Source: Nocardioidaceae bacterium (GTDB lineage: Bacteria; Actinomycetota; Actinomycetes; Propionibacteriales; Nocardioidaceae). Taken from it: a stretch of 59,458 nt of DNA. The stretch covers positions 1 to 59,458 of the forward strand of contig JACCZT010000171.1 of the NCBI GenBank assembly GCA_013695785.1, written 5' to 3'. The notes below the pieces were generated by a model. It searched no databases. It saw only the letters and a program-made list of their open reading frames with translations, and was not told the origin of the DNA. Each line of letters starts with the position of its first letter. The stretch's first letter is position 1. This document shows, piece after piece, positions 37,801-46,860 of the stretch. The position numbers and the translations under genes were made by a program.

Positions 37801-40800
37801 TCAGTGGTGAGACGCCTCCGACTCGCGCATCCGTTGGCTGATCACTGCCGAGACCCCGTCACCGCGCATCGACACCCCGTAGAGAGCGTCGGCCACCTCC
37901 ATCGTGCGCTTTTGGTGGGTGATCACGACGAGCTGGGAGTTTTCGCGCAGCTCCTCATAGATCTGCAGGAGACGACCGAGGTTGGTGTCGTCGAGCGCGG
38001 CCTCGACCTCGTCGAGGACGTAGAACGGGCTCGGTCGCGCCTTGAAGAGCGCCACCAGGAACGCCACGGCCACCAGTGATCGCTCGCCGCCGGACAGCAG
38101 CGACAGCCGCTTGACCTTCTTGCCCGGCGGTCGCGCCTCCACGTCGATGCCGGTCGTCAGCATGTTGGACGGGTCGGTGAGCACGAGGCTTCCTTGTCCA
38201 CCGGGGAAGAGCCGGGAGAACACGTCAGCGAACTCGCGTTCGGTGTCTGCCCAGGCCTCGGTGAACACCTGCTCGACCTGGGCGTCGACATCATCGACGA
38301 TGTCGAGCAGGTCCTTGCGGGTACGCCGCAGATCCTCCATCTGCTCGCTGAGAAACTGGTGGCGCTCCTCCAGTGCGCTGAACTCCTCCAACGCCAACGG
38401 GTTGACCCTGCCCAGCATGGCCAACGCGCGCTCGGCAGACACCCGGCGCTTGGTCTGCTCCGCCCGCACGTACGGCACCGGCGTCGACGTATCGCGGTCA
38501 CCGTCGTCGCCGCCGGCAACGCCGTGGGCGGGCACGAGCACGTCCGGGCCGTACTCGGTGACGAGGGCATCGGCATCGAGACCGAGCTCCTCGAGCGCTC
38601 GTTGCTCCAGGGTCTCGACCCGAAGGCGCTGCTCGGCCCTCGCGAGCTCGTCACGATGCACTGAGTCGATGAGCCGATCGAGCTCGGCGCCCAGGTCACG
38701 CAGCTGTCCGCGCAGGTCGGCCAGCTCCCGCTCAGCTTCTGAGCGACCGTGCTCGATCTCGGTGCGCTCTCGGCCGGCCCGCTCGAGCGAACGGTCCAGG
38801 TGAGCAATCACGACCACACTCGCTGCGATCACGGCAGTGGCCACCTCGGCGTCGCGGCGCCGGCGTTCGCGGCGCAGGGCGGCACGCTCGCGCGCGACCC
38901 GCTCGTCCTCGGCGGCCTTGAGCAACGCGTCGGCACGCCCGGAGATCGCCCGCACTCGTTCCTCGGCCGTGCGCAGCGCGAGTCGTGCGTCGGTCTCCTG
39001 CTGCCGCGCGTGCTTTGCGGCGTCGGCGAGGGCCTCGAGTGTCGTCGTGTCGGGGTCGTCCTCGGGCGCGTGCTCGGCCTGCAGGAGCCGATCCTCCAGA
39101 TCGGTGAGCCCGGCGATGTCCTTGTCACGTGCGGCCTCGGCATCGCTGATCGCCGTCGCGAGGCGCTCGGCCTCACCGGTCGCCGAACGCGAGGCCGAGC
39201 CGAGCTGGCCAAGGTTCTCGGCGATCGCGGCCATCACGGCATCGGACTCGTGCAGGCGGGACAGCGCCGCGTCGACCCGGCCCTGGGCGTCGCGCTGCTC
39301 CTCGGTGAGACGGGCCACCTCGAAGGCCAACCTCTCGACCTCGTGCAAGGCGTCGGCGAGGTCGGCAGCGGCCTGGTCGACGGCCGACTGCACCTCGATC
39401 AGGCTGGGAACCGCCGACGACCCACCCGAGGCGAAGTGGGCGCCGACCATGTCTCCGTCGCGGGTCACGGCAACGAGATCGGCGTCCTGGGCGACGAGCC
39501 GTCGGGCGGTGTCGAGGTCCGGGGCAACAGCTACCTTGAACAACAGGCGTCTCAGTGCGGACCGCAGGTGCGCGGGAACCTCCACCAGGTCGACGGCGTA
39601 GATGAGCGCCGGCGGCAGCTCCGGCCACCCGGTGTCATCACGCTCGGTGTCGCCGAGCACCATGCCCGCGCGGCCGAGGTCCTGCTCTCTGAGTCGGCGC
39701 ATCGCCTCGACCGCCGTGTCGAGGTTGTCGACCGCCACCGCGTCCGCGGCCGCACCCAACGCTCGCGCGACCGCTGTCTCGTACCCCTTGCGGACGGTCA
39801 ACAGCGCAGCAACCGAACCCAGCAGGCCGTCGACGCGCTCGGTGGCGGCAAGCAGTGCGCCGGCCCCGTCCTTGCGGTCCAGGCTCATCTCCAGCGCGCC
39901 CTTGCGAGCCACCAGCCCGGCCCGCTCCCGGTCGGAGACCCTCGACTCCTCACCGGCCTTCAGGAGCCGCGCAGTGACCTCGTCGAGCGTGGACTGCGCT
40001 GCCTCGTGCTCGGTGTCGAGCCCACCCTCACCGGCGTCGAGACTCGCAACCTGGGTCTCCAGGGCGGTGAAGTCGCGCTGGGCCTTGACCGCACGCTCCT
40101 GCGCCCGTGCGCGAGCCTCACCCAGCCGGCCGAGCTCCTCCTCCGCCGCCCGCGCGCGACTCTTGACCACGTTGACCTGACCACGCAAGCGGGCCAGGCC
40201 TTCGCGCCGGTCCGCGGCCGCACGGACCAGACCGGCCACCCGGCGCTCCTCCTCGGAGTACGCGGTCTCAGCGTCCTGTCGGCTTGCGATCGCGGTCTCG
40301 AGCCGCTGTCGGGTCTGTGTCACCTCCGCTGCCGTCGCGGCCTCCTGACCGGCCAATCCGGCGGCCTCGTTCTCGAGCTCACCGGGATCGCGTCCTAGTC
40401 GTTCGTCGTGCGGTGCGGACTCGGCGAACCGGACGCGCTCGGTGGCAAGGCTCGCGGTGCTGCACAGTCGCTCGCGCAGGCCGGCGAGGCGGTACCACGT
40501 CTCCTGGGCGGTCGACATACGCGGCGCATCGGCACGCAGCCGCTCCTCGACTGCGGCCTCGCGGCCCCGAACGGTCGCGATCGACGTCTCGACCGCCGCC
40601 CGCTTGTCCCGCAAGGCGGTCTCGTCGGCGAGCTCGCTGCGAAGAGTCGTGCGTGCCGCCGAGACGTCGTCGGCCAGCAAGCGCGCTCGGGCGTCTCGGA
40701 GGTCGGCCTGGATGACTGTTGCCCGCTTGGCGACCTCTGCTTGGCGACCCAGCGGCTTGAGCTGACGGCGGATCTCGGACAACAGGTCGCTGAGACGCTG

Positions 40801-41364
40801 CACGTTGGCCCTGGTCGTCTCGAGCTTTCGTAGCGCCTTCTCCTTGCGCTTGCGGTGCTTGAGGACGCCGGCGGCCTCCTCGACGAAGCCGCGCCGCTCT
40901 TCGGGCGTTGCGCGCAGGATGGCGTCGAGCTGGCCCTGTCCGACGATGACATGCATCTCGCGGCCGATGCCTGAGTCGCTGAGGAGCTCCTGGACGTCAA
41001 GCAGCCGACACGAGCTGCCGTTGATGGCGTACTCCGAGCCGCCGTGGCGGAACATCGTCCGCGAGATGGTGACCTCGGAGTACTCGATCGGCAGCGCTCC
41101 GTCGGCGTTGTCGATGGTGAGGACGACCTCGGCGCGTCCTAACGGCGGACGACCGGACGTACCGGCGAAGATGACGTCCTCCATCTTGCCGCCACGCAAC
41201 GACTTGGCACCCTGCTCGCCCATCACCCAGGCCAGCGCATCGACGACGTTGGACTTGCCGGAGCCGTTGGGTCCGACGACACACGTGATGCCCGGCTCGA
41301 GCTGCAGGGACGTCGAGGAGGCGAACGACTTGAACCCGCGGAGCGTCAGGCTCTTGAGGTACAA
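37801..41364 (-). CDS. smc: chromosome segregation protein SMC (TTG start)
   Basis: 1187 aa with Walker A GPNGSGKSN, long coiled coils, a hinge, and C-terminal LSGGERS / Walker B FYVLDEVEAALD. The TTG at 41362-41364 is preceded by GAAGGAG with a 6-nt spacer. Confidence 0.97.
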   Translation of the reverse strand: MYLKSLTLRGFKSFASSTSLQLEPGITCVVGPNGSGKSNVVDALAWVMGEQGAKSLRGGKMEDVIFAGTSGRPPLGRAEVVLTIDNADGALPIEYSEVTISRTMFRHGGSEYAINGSSCRLLDVQELLSDSGIGREMHVIVGQGQLDAILRATPEERRGFVEEAAGVLKHRKRKEKALRKLETTRANVQRLSDLLSEIRRQLKPLGRQAEVAKRATVIQADLRDARARLLADDVSAARTTLRSELADETALRDKRAAVETSIATVRGREAAVEERLRADAPRMSTAQETWYRLAGLRERLCSTASLATERVRFAESAPHDERLGRDPGELENEAAGLAGQEAATAAEVTQTRQRLETAIASRQDAETAYSEEERRVAGLVRAAADRREGLARLRGQVNVVKSRARAAEEELGRLGEARARAQERAVKAQRDFTALETQVASLDAGEGGLDTEHEAAQSTLDEVTARLLKAGEESRVSDRERAGLVARKGALEMSLDRKDGAGALLAATERVDGLLGSVAALLTVRKGYETAVARALGAAADAVAVDNLDTAVEAMRRLREQDLGRAGMVLGDTERDDTGWPELPPALIYAVDLVEVPAHLRSALRRLLFKVAVAPDLDTARRLVAQDADLVAVTRDGDMVGAHFASGGSSAVPSLIEVQSAVDQAAADLADALHEVERLAFEVARLTEEQRDAQGRVDAALSRLHESDAVMAAIAENLGQLGSASRSATGEAERLATAISDAEAARDKDIAGLTDLEDRLLQAEHAPEDDPDTTTLEALADAAKHARQQETDARLALRTAEERVRAISGRADALLKAAEDERVARERAALRRERRRRDAEVATAVIAASVVVIAHLDRSLERAGRERTEIEHGRSEAERELADLRGQLRDLGAELDRLIDSVHRDELARAEQRLRVETLEQRALEELGLDADALVTEYGPDVLVPAHGVAGGDDGDRDTSTPVPYVRAEQTKRRVSAERALAMLGRVNPLALEEFSALEERHQFLSEQMEDLRRTRKDLLDIVDDVDAQVEQVFTEAWADTEREFADVFSRLFPGGQGSLVLTDPSNMLTTGIDVEARPPGKKVKRLSLLSGGERSLVAVAFLVALFKARPSPFYVLDEVEAALDDTNLGRLLQIYEELRENSQLVVITHQKRTMEVADALYGVSMRGDGVSAVISQRMRESEASHH

Positions 41365-41455
41365 CGCGGGCTCCTTCGCAGGCGAGGCGGCACGACGTCG
41401 GCAGCGCCTGGGACGCCGGGGAAGGGGCCGGACACCAGCGTAGAGGGTGCGGGCC

Positions 41456-41647
41456 TCAGCGTGCGGCAGGCTCCAGCAGGTCGGCGGTGCTCAAATTCTC
41501 GGTGAGTGCCTCGTGCAGGGTGTCGTTCTCGGCCTTGAGGCGCCCGATCTCGGTTTCGAGGTCGGTGACGCGGCGACGGAGAAAGGCGAGCTCACGGGTC
41601 AGGTGCGGGTTGTCCGCGCCGACGAATCCGTAGAGGGCCTTGGCCAT
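41456..41647 (-). CDS. small coiled-coil protein (63 aa), function unknown
   Basis: ATG 41645-41647 is preceded by a strong SD (AGGAGGAACATTC-ATG). Heptad-like LAFLRRRVTDLETEIGRLKAENDTLHEAL. The track ORF 41456..42211 is mostly an implausible N-terminal extension. Confidence 0.6.
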   Translation of the reverse strand: MAKALYGFVGADNPHLTRELAFLRRRVTDLETEIGRLKAENDTLHEALTENLSTADLLEPAAR

Positions 41648-41830
41648 GAATGTTCCTCCTGGTGCGAACGAGAGGCAGCCGCATACGTCCCCGGCAGATC
41701 GGTGCCGGAGGGGGTTTCGCGCTGCGTCTTTCAATATCCCACCCGGCGTGGAGCGGGTCAACTCACAGCTGTGCCGTACCGGCGGCCGCGCCTTGGTGCG
41801 GACCTGGCCGACACGGCTAGGGTCCTGGTC

Positions 41831-42322
41831 ATGACCGCCTCGTTCGACCCCCCGGCAGGTGACTGGACGCGCGTCTCGACCCAGTTGCGCTCCCTTCACC
41901 GGACGGTCGCGCTCGCCGTCTGCGCGGTCGTCGCGGCCCCGGCAACGGTCGTCCTCGTCATCATCGGGACGGCGCCGTGGTTGTCGGCGCTCCCCGTCGT
42001 CGTGGCGCTGGGGGTCGCGGCGTGGGCGTGGTCGTGGGCCAGCCGTAACTGGGCCGGCTGGGGATACGCCGAGAACGCCGAGGATCTCCTCGTCACCAGC
42101 GGTGTCATGTGGCGACGCCTCGTCGCGGTCCCGTACGGCCGCACCCAGTACGTCGACGTCAAGGCGGGACCGTTGCAGCGGGCATTCGGCATCGCCACGG
42201 TCACGTTGCACACGGCGAGCTCAGAGACCGCGGCGCACATTCCGGGTCTGCCTGCCACCGAGGCGACCCGGTTGCGCAACCGCCTGACCGAGCTCGGGGA
42301 GTCTCGTGACGCCGGGCTCTGA
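41831..42322 (+). CDS. PH-domain (bPH_2/YdbS-like) membrane protein
   Basis: Trimmed to ATG 41831; 163 aa. Two TM helices followed by the bPH_2-type segment (VPYGRTQYVDVKAGPLQRAFGIATVTLHTAS). Confidence 0.78.
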   Translation: MTASFDPPAGDWTRVSTQLRSLHRTVALAVCAVVAAPATVVLVIIGTAPWLSALPVVVALGVAAWAWSWASRNWAGWGYAENAEDLLVTSGVMWRRLVAVPYGRTQYVDVKAGPLQRAFGIATVTLHTASSETAAHIPGLPATEATRLRNRLTELGESRDAGL

Positions 42323-43679
42323 GCCCATCGCGGTCGAACCGGTCGGTCATCGCACGCACCCGGCCAGCGCCGTTGTCAGTGCCTGGTTGTGGCTGCTCGG
42401 CGGCGCTGCGGCGATGTTGCACCGCATCGGCACCGACTCCACGGTGCGCGAAAACCTGGTTGTCGCCGGTGTCGTCCTCGGCGGCGCCCTCCTTCTGGGT
42501 GTCGGTTTCGGCCTGGTGCGCTGGATGTACACCCGCTATGTGATCGACGGGAGTGAGCTGCGCATCGACAGCGGAGTCGTCGTCAAACAATCGCGGCGAG
42601 TCCCGTACGAACGGCTCCAGTCGGTCGACATCGCCCAGCCGCTCGGGGCCCGGGTCCTCGGCCTCGCCGAGCTCCGCATCGAGATGGCCGGGGGTGGTCA
42701 GTCGCGCACGACGTTGGCATTCCTGACCCGCAGCGACGCAGAGCGCCTGCGCGAGGTACTGCTCGACAAGTCCCAGAGCGACGCCGCGCCCGTCCTGGAC
42801 GGCGCGCCGCTGCAGGAGTCCGCCGACGCAGCAGGCAACGGCCGAGCGTTGGTCGCGACGGTCCCCATCACACGGCTGGTCGGCTCGCTCGTGCTGTCCA
42901 CGGAGTTCCTCCTGACCGCGGCCATCGCGGTGCTGACGGTCGCAGCCACCGTGGTACTGACCGTCGTCGTCGGTGGGCCACCCTTTGCGTACGCGCCGCT
43001 GTTCCTCGCGCTGGTGAGCGCGATGTACCGGCTGGTCGTCAACAGGGTGGTCAGCCAGTGGGGCTTCTCGCTGGCACGCGCCCCGCAGGGGGTGCGGATC
43101 GAGCGCGGGCTGACGAGCCGGTCGTCGCAGACCATTCCCCGCGGCCGGGTCCAGGGCATCGCCATCGAGCAGCCCCTGTTGTGGCGAAGCCATGACTGGC
43201 GCCGCCTGGTGGTCGACGTCGCCGGGTACGGCGCGACGGGCCGAGGCGACGACGACAGCGACCGCCCGGCGGCCTCCACCCTGCTGCCGGTCGCCGACAA
43301 GGTCGCGGCCGGGGCGGTCCTGGCCGAGCTGATGCCGGCTGCGGACCCTGATGCGGTTTCCCTTCACCGGGCTCCGTCGCCTAGTCGCTGGTTCGCCCCC
43401 GTCGGTTGGCGCTACCTGGCCGCGGGAGCCGACGACCACGTATTCGTGACCTGCAAGGGATGGCTGACCAGGCGTACGGACATCGTGCCGCACGCCAAGA
43501 CCCAGTCGGTGGCGCTGCGGCAGGGTCCGCTCGAGCGCATCCTGGGACTCGCGACGGTTGTCGTGCACTCCCCCGACGGCCCGGTCAAGGCGCAGGGCCG
43601 GCACCTGGCTGAGGCGGACGCCCGCGTTCTCGCGGCCGACCAGCTCCAGCGGGCACGGTCCGCGCGCGTGACGCGCTGA
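42306..43679 (+). CDS. YdbT-like membrane protein with repeated bPH_2 domains
   Basis: 457 aa with repeated modules of the type RVPYERLQSVDIAQPLGARVLGLAELRIE / IPRGRVQGIAIEQPLLWR / VPHAKTQSVALRQGPLERILGLATVVVHS. The GTG start overlaps the upstream gene by 17 nt. Confidence 0.78.
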   Translation: MTPGSEPIAVEPVGHRTHPASAVVSAWLWLLGGAAAMLHRIGTDSTVRENLVVAGVVLGGALLLGVGFGLVRWMYTRYVIDGSELRIDSGVVVKQSRRVPYERLQSVDIAQPLGARVLGLAELRIEMAGGGQSRTTLAFLTRSDAERLREVLLDKSQSDAAPVLDGAPLQESADAAGNGRALVATVPITRLVGSLVLSTEFLLTAAIAVLTVAATVVLTVVVGGPPFAYAPLFLALVSAMYRLVVNRVVSQWGFSLARAPQGVRIERGLTSRSSQTIPRGRVQGIAIEQPLLWRSHDWRRLVVDVAGYGATGRGDDDSDRPAASTLLPVADKVAAGAVLAELMPAADPDAVSLHRAPSPSRWFAPVGWRYLAAGADDHVFVTCKGWLTRRTDIVPHAKTQSVALRQGPLERILGLATVVVHSPDGPVKAQGRHLAEADARVLAADQLQRARSARVTR

Positions 43680-43683
43680 GTGG

Positions 43684-44817
43684 TCAGCCCCCGGAGGTGA
43701 CGTCCTCGGCTCCTGCGTCGAGGGCGGCGCCCAGCTCGCGGGACTCCAGCCACCCCTCGGGCAGCGTGACCCGGCGCGGGCTGCCCTGGCGCCCGCGGGG
43801 TGTGCCGAGCTCGCCGACGGGGTAGGCCTCGGCGGGGTCGAGCCGGCCAAGAAGCTCCTCGAGCGCCGCGAGCGAGGAGATCATGGCGAGCTGGTGGCGG
43901 ACCTCGCCACCAGCTCGGAACCCCTTGAGGTACCACGCGATGTGCTTGCGGAACTCCGTGCAGCCGCGCTCCTCGCCCAAGTGAGCCGCGAGGAGCTCTG
44001 CGTGGCGGCGCATGATCGCAGCCACCTCACCGAGCCTCGGCAGCCCGAGCACGTCCTCGCCGGCGAACGCTGCGGCGAGGTCACGGAAGAGCCACGGCCG
44101 TCCGAGGCATCCGCGGCCGACCACCACGCCTGCACAGCCGGTCTTCTCGGCCATCGCAACGGCGTCGGAGGCCTCCCAGATGTCACCGTTGCCGAGCACC
44201 GCGATGTCGACATGGCGGACGAGCTCCCCGATCGCGTCCCAGTCGGCTCTGCCAGAGTAGTGCTGCGCCGCGGTGCGCCCGTGCAGCGCGATGGCCGCGC
44301 ATCCCGTTTCCTGTGCGATGCGACCGGCGTCGAGGTACGTCAGGTGGTCGTCGTCGATGCCCTTGCGTGTCTTCATGGTGACGGGCACGCCGTACGGCAC
44401 GGCGGCGGTGACTGCGGCGGTGAGGATGTCACCGAGCAGAGCGGCCTTCCACGGTAGCGCGGCGCCCCCGCCCTTGCGTGTCACCTTGGGCACCGGGCAC
44501 CCGAAGTTGAGGTCGACGTGGTTTACGCCGTGGTCACCGCAGAGGATCTCGACGGCCTTGCCCACGTAGACGGGGTCGACGCCGTACAGCTGGACCGAGC
44601 GAACCTCTTCGGTCTCGTCGAAAGCGAGCATCGCCAAGCTGGTCGCGTCGCCTTCGACGATGCCGCGGGAGGTGATCATCTCGCAGACGTAGAGGCCCGC
44701 ACCTTGCTCGCGGCAGAGCCGGCGGAACGCTGCGTTCGTGACTCCGGCCATCGGCGCGAGGACGACCGGCGTGGAGACCCGGAGGTCACCGAGCGTCAAC
44801 GCGGTGGGTACGGCCAT
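43684..44817 (-). CDS. dus: tRNA-dihydrouridine synthase
   Basis: 377 aa with LAPMAGVTNAAFRRL, VDLNFGCP and a TIM-barrel FMN-binding pattern. Confidence 0.9.
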   Translation of the reverse strand: MAVPTALTLGDLRVSTPVVLAPMAGVTNAAFRRLCREQGAGLYVCEMITSRGIVEGDATSLAMLAFDETEEVRSVQLYGVDPVYVGKAVEILCGDHGVNHVDLNFGCPVPKVTRKGGGAALPWKAALLGDILTAAVTAAVPYGVPVTMKTRKGIDDDHLTYLDAGRIAQETGCAAIALHGRTAAQHYSGRADWDAIGELVRHVDIAVLGNGDIWEASDAVAMAEKTGCAGVVVGRGCLGRPWLFRDLAAAFAGEDVLGLPRLGEVAAIMRRHAELLAAHLGEERGCTEFRKHIAWYLKGFRAGGEVRHQLAMISSLAALEELLGRLDPAEAYPVGELGTPRGRQGSPRRVTLPEGWLESRELGAALDAGAEDVTSGG

Positions 44818-44873
44818 CTGTCCATTGTCCCGTATCCTGCGAAGGAGTCGACTGACGACGCGGGGGGGGTCGC

Positions 44874-46215
44874 ATGACGGTCCGGTACCGGCACGTCGTC
44901 ACAGCGAGCGTGGCCAGTTTCGTTTTTGTCGGCATGGGTGTCTGGGACGGCGACACCGCTGGTTCTGCGGCGGCACGCGGGCTCTCCGCTTCGACCGCGA
45001 TGGCCACGGCCGGCGACGCGGCGACGCCGGTCACCGGATCACAGACTCCGCGGTACGCACCGGTGCTCAAGCCGGGGCGATACGCCAGCGTGATCAACGG
45101 CGACGGGAGCACGGCGTACTACGCGATTGCGCACCTCGCTGATGACGCGGTGACGGTGAGTGCGACGTTGCCGCCGCCCACGGGCGACGTGAGCTACGAC
45201 GCCGACGCGGTCTCCCTCGCGCTGACGACCACGAAGGGCGTGCAGTGTGCAGTGGGACGCGAATCTCGGATCGACAGGATGCGGCCGAGCTCGCTGTTCA
45301 CCACCTACCTCACCTACGAGCCGGCGGTGGCTGTTCGGCAGCATCGACCTCTGCGCGTCCGCTGACCGGCTGCTTCTTTTCGTCGAAGGTGCGCCGGGCA
45401 CGATCGGGTCCGTGGGGGCCCGGGACACTGAGGTCGAGCTGGCCGTGTCGGCACTTCCGCCTGTCAGCAATCTCGACTTCCTTCCGCGTCCGGTCAAGGA
45501 CGTCCGGCGACACGTGCAGCCGGCTCGACCGACTCGGCCGGCGACAGGCGTGGAGGGGGGCGTCGTTCAGCGACGCACCGGTGCTGGACCCGGGGACCTA
45601 TCGCGACACCCTCCGCGCCGCAGACGAGGAGTTCTACCGCTTCCCGGTCAGGTACGGGCAGTCCGGGCGGCTGTCGGCAACCCTGCAGCCCGACGCCGCT
45701 GCGGACCGAGAGATCGGCCCGACGCTCGCTCAGGTCATCGCGTTCGCCCCTGACCGCGAGGGCATGCTGCTCGCCACCGACCCACGTCGAGATGTCTCGA
45801 GCGCAGTGACCTACGACGGCTCCAGGGCCGTGACGATCACAGCCGCGATCCCGCAGGTGCGCTTCCGCAACCGTGACAGCGGCGACAGGTACGCCGAGTC
45901 GGCGCGGTTGGGGGCGACTACTACGTGGCAGTCCAGCTGTCCGGGTCCGCACGCGTCGCCGTTCCCGTCACGATCTCGGTCGCGGTGCACGGCGAGCCGG
46001 ACGGTCGGCCACGGTTCGCCCGCCCGGTCACGTCGGCCGACCGCGCTGGGCCGGCGCCGACACCCCTGAACGAGGTGACGGCACCGGACCCAAACTTCCA
46101 AGGCGACGGTCTGCCGTTGACGCCATTCGTGGTGATCGGCGTTGCGTTCCTGCTTCTTCTCTGGCAAGTGATCTGGCTCGTCGTCGATGTCGTGCGCAAG
46201 AACCGGCGTCGCTGA
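44874..46215 (+). pseudogene. secreted, C-terminally anchored repeat-domain protein disrupted by >=3 frameshifts (or homopolymer assembly errors)
   Basis: Protein-like translation runs frame 3 (44874-~45330), frame 1 (~45330-45558), frame 2 (~45558-45912), then frame 1 (45912-46215). It has an N-terminal signal-like segment and a C-terminal TM plus RKNRRR tail. Total length 1342 nt, not a multiple of 3. Confidence 0.55.
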
Positions 46216-46233
46216 GCGGCGCCGTCCGCGCGC

Positions 46234-46836
46234 TCAGTCCGGTGCTGGCCAGCTGATCGGCGCGTTGACGTCCTCGGTGCGCAGCTGCACCGCCGAGAGG
46301 GTCTCCCCGGCGGGCACCAGGAACACCAAGCACCGCTTCACCGTGTCGCCCGCCTCGAAGGTGGCCGGCAGCGGTCCGCCGACACACCTGTCGAATCGTC
46401 CGATGAGGTCGCTCGGAGGAAAGTACGCCATGGAGGAGTCGTACCCGAACACGGGAACCCGTGCCTTGTCCAGAGCGCCGGGCCCGTCGTTTCGTACCAC
46501 GGCGTCGACATAGTACGGCGTCGATGCGCGGCTCTTGGCAGTCAGGGAGAAGTCCTTGAAGTCACGCTTGGTCGAGCCGCTGACGATCTTGTCGACCGTC
46601 ACCGAGATCACGCTGGTGCGCTGGTCGTCGACGGTGTAGATCGCCGAGGCACGCTCGCCGATCGCGAGCCTCGCACCGGCCCCGGTGAGATCCACGCCAT
46701 CTGGCACGTCGATCTGGGCACTCTGGCTCGGCGCGGCGATCGGCTCCTCGGCGCCGCCGCCGGTGGAGGAGGCACAGCCTGAGGCGAGCACGAGGGTGAG
46801 GCCGAGCGCGAAGCAAGCGCGCACAGGTTCGTTCAC
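46234..46836 (-). CDS. lipoprotein of unknown function
   Basis: GTG start. Signal peptide with lipobox LVLASGC, and a beta-rich mature domain. Lies 24 nt downstream of glyQS on the same strand. Confidence 0.72.
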   Translation of the reverse strand: MNEPVRACFALGLTLVLASGCASSTGGGAEEPIAAPSQSAQIDVPDGVDLTGAGARLAIGERASAIYTVDDQRTSVISVTVDKIVSGSTKRDFKDFSLTAKSRASTPYYVDAVVRNDGPGALDKARVPVFGYDSSMAYFPPSDLIGRFDRCVGGPLPATFEAGDTVKRCLVFLVPAGETLSAVQLRTEDVNAPISWPAPD

Positions 46837-46860
46837 CGGCTCAGTGTGGCGGAGCGTTGT

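Noticed and set aside
42201-43850. 549-aa minus-strand ORF
   Set aside because: Antisense to the YdbT-like gene and overlapping the dus 3' end, with an Arg/Pro/Gly-rich non-protein-like translation.
46093-46215. LPLTP followed by a hydrophobic stretch and RKNRRR as a sortase sorting signal
   Set aside because: The pentapeptide lacks the Gly of LPXTG/LAXTG and the gene is frameshifted. A plain C-terminal membrane anchor explains the sequence equally well.
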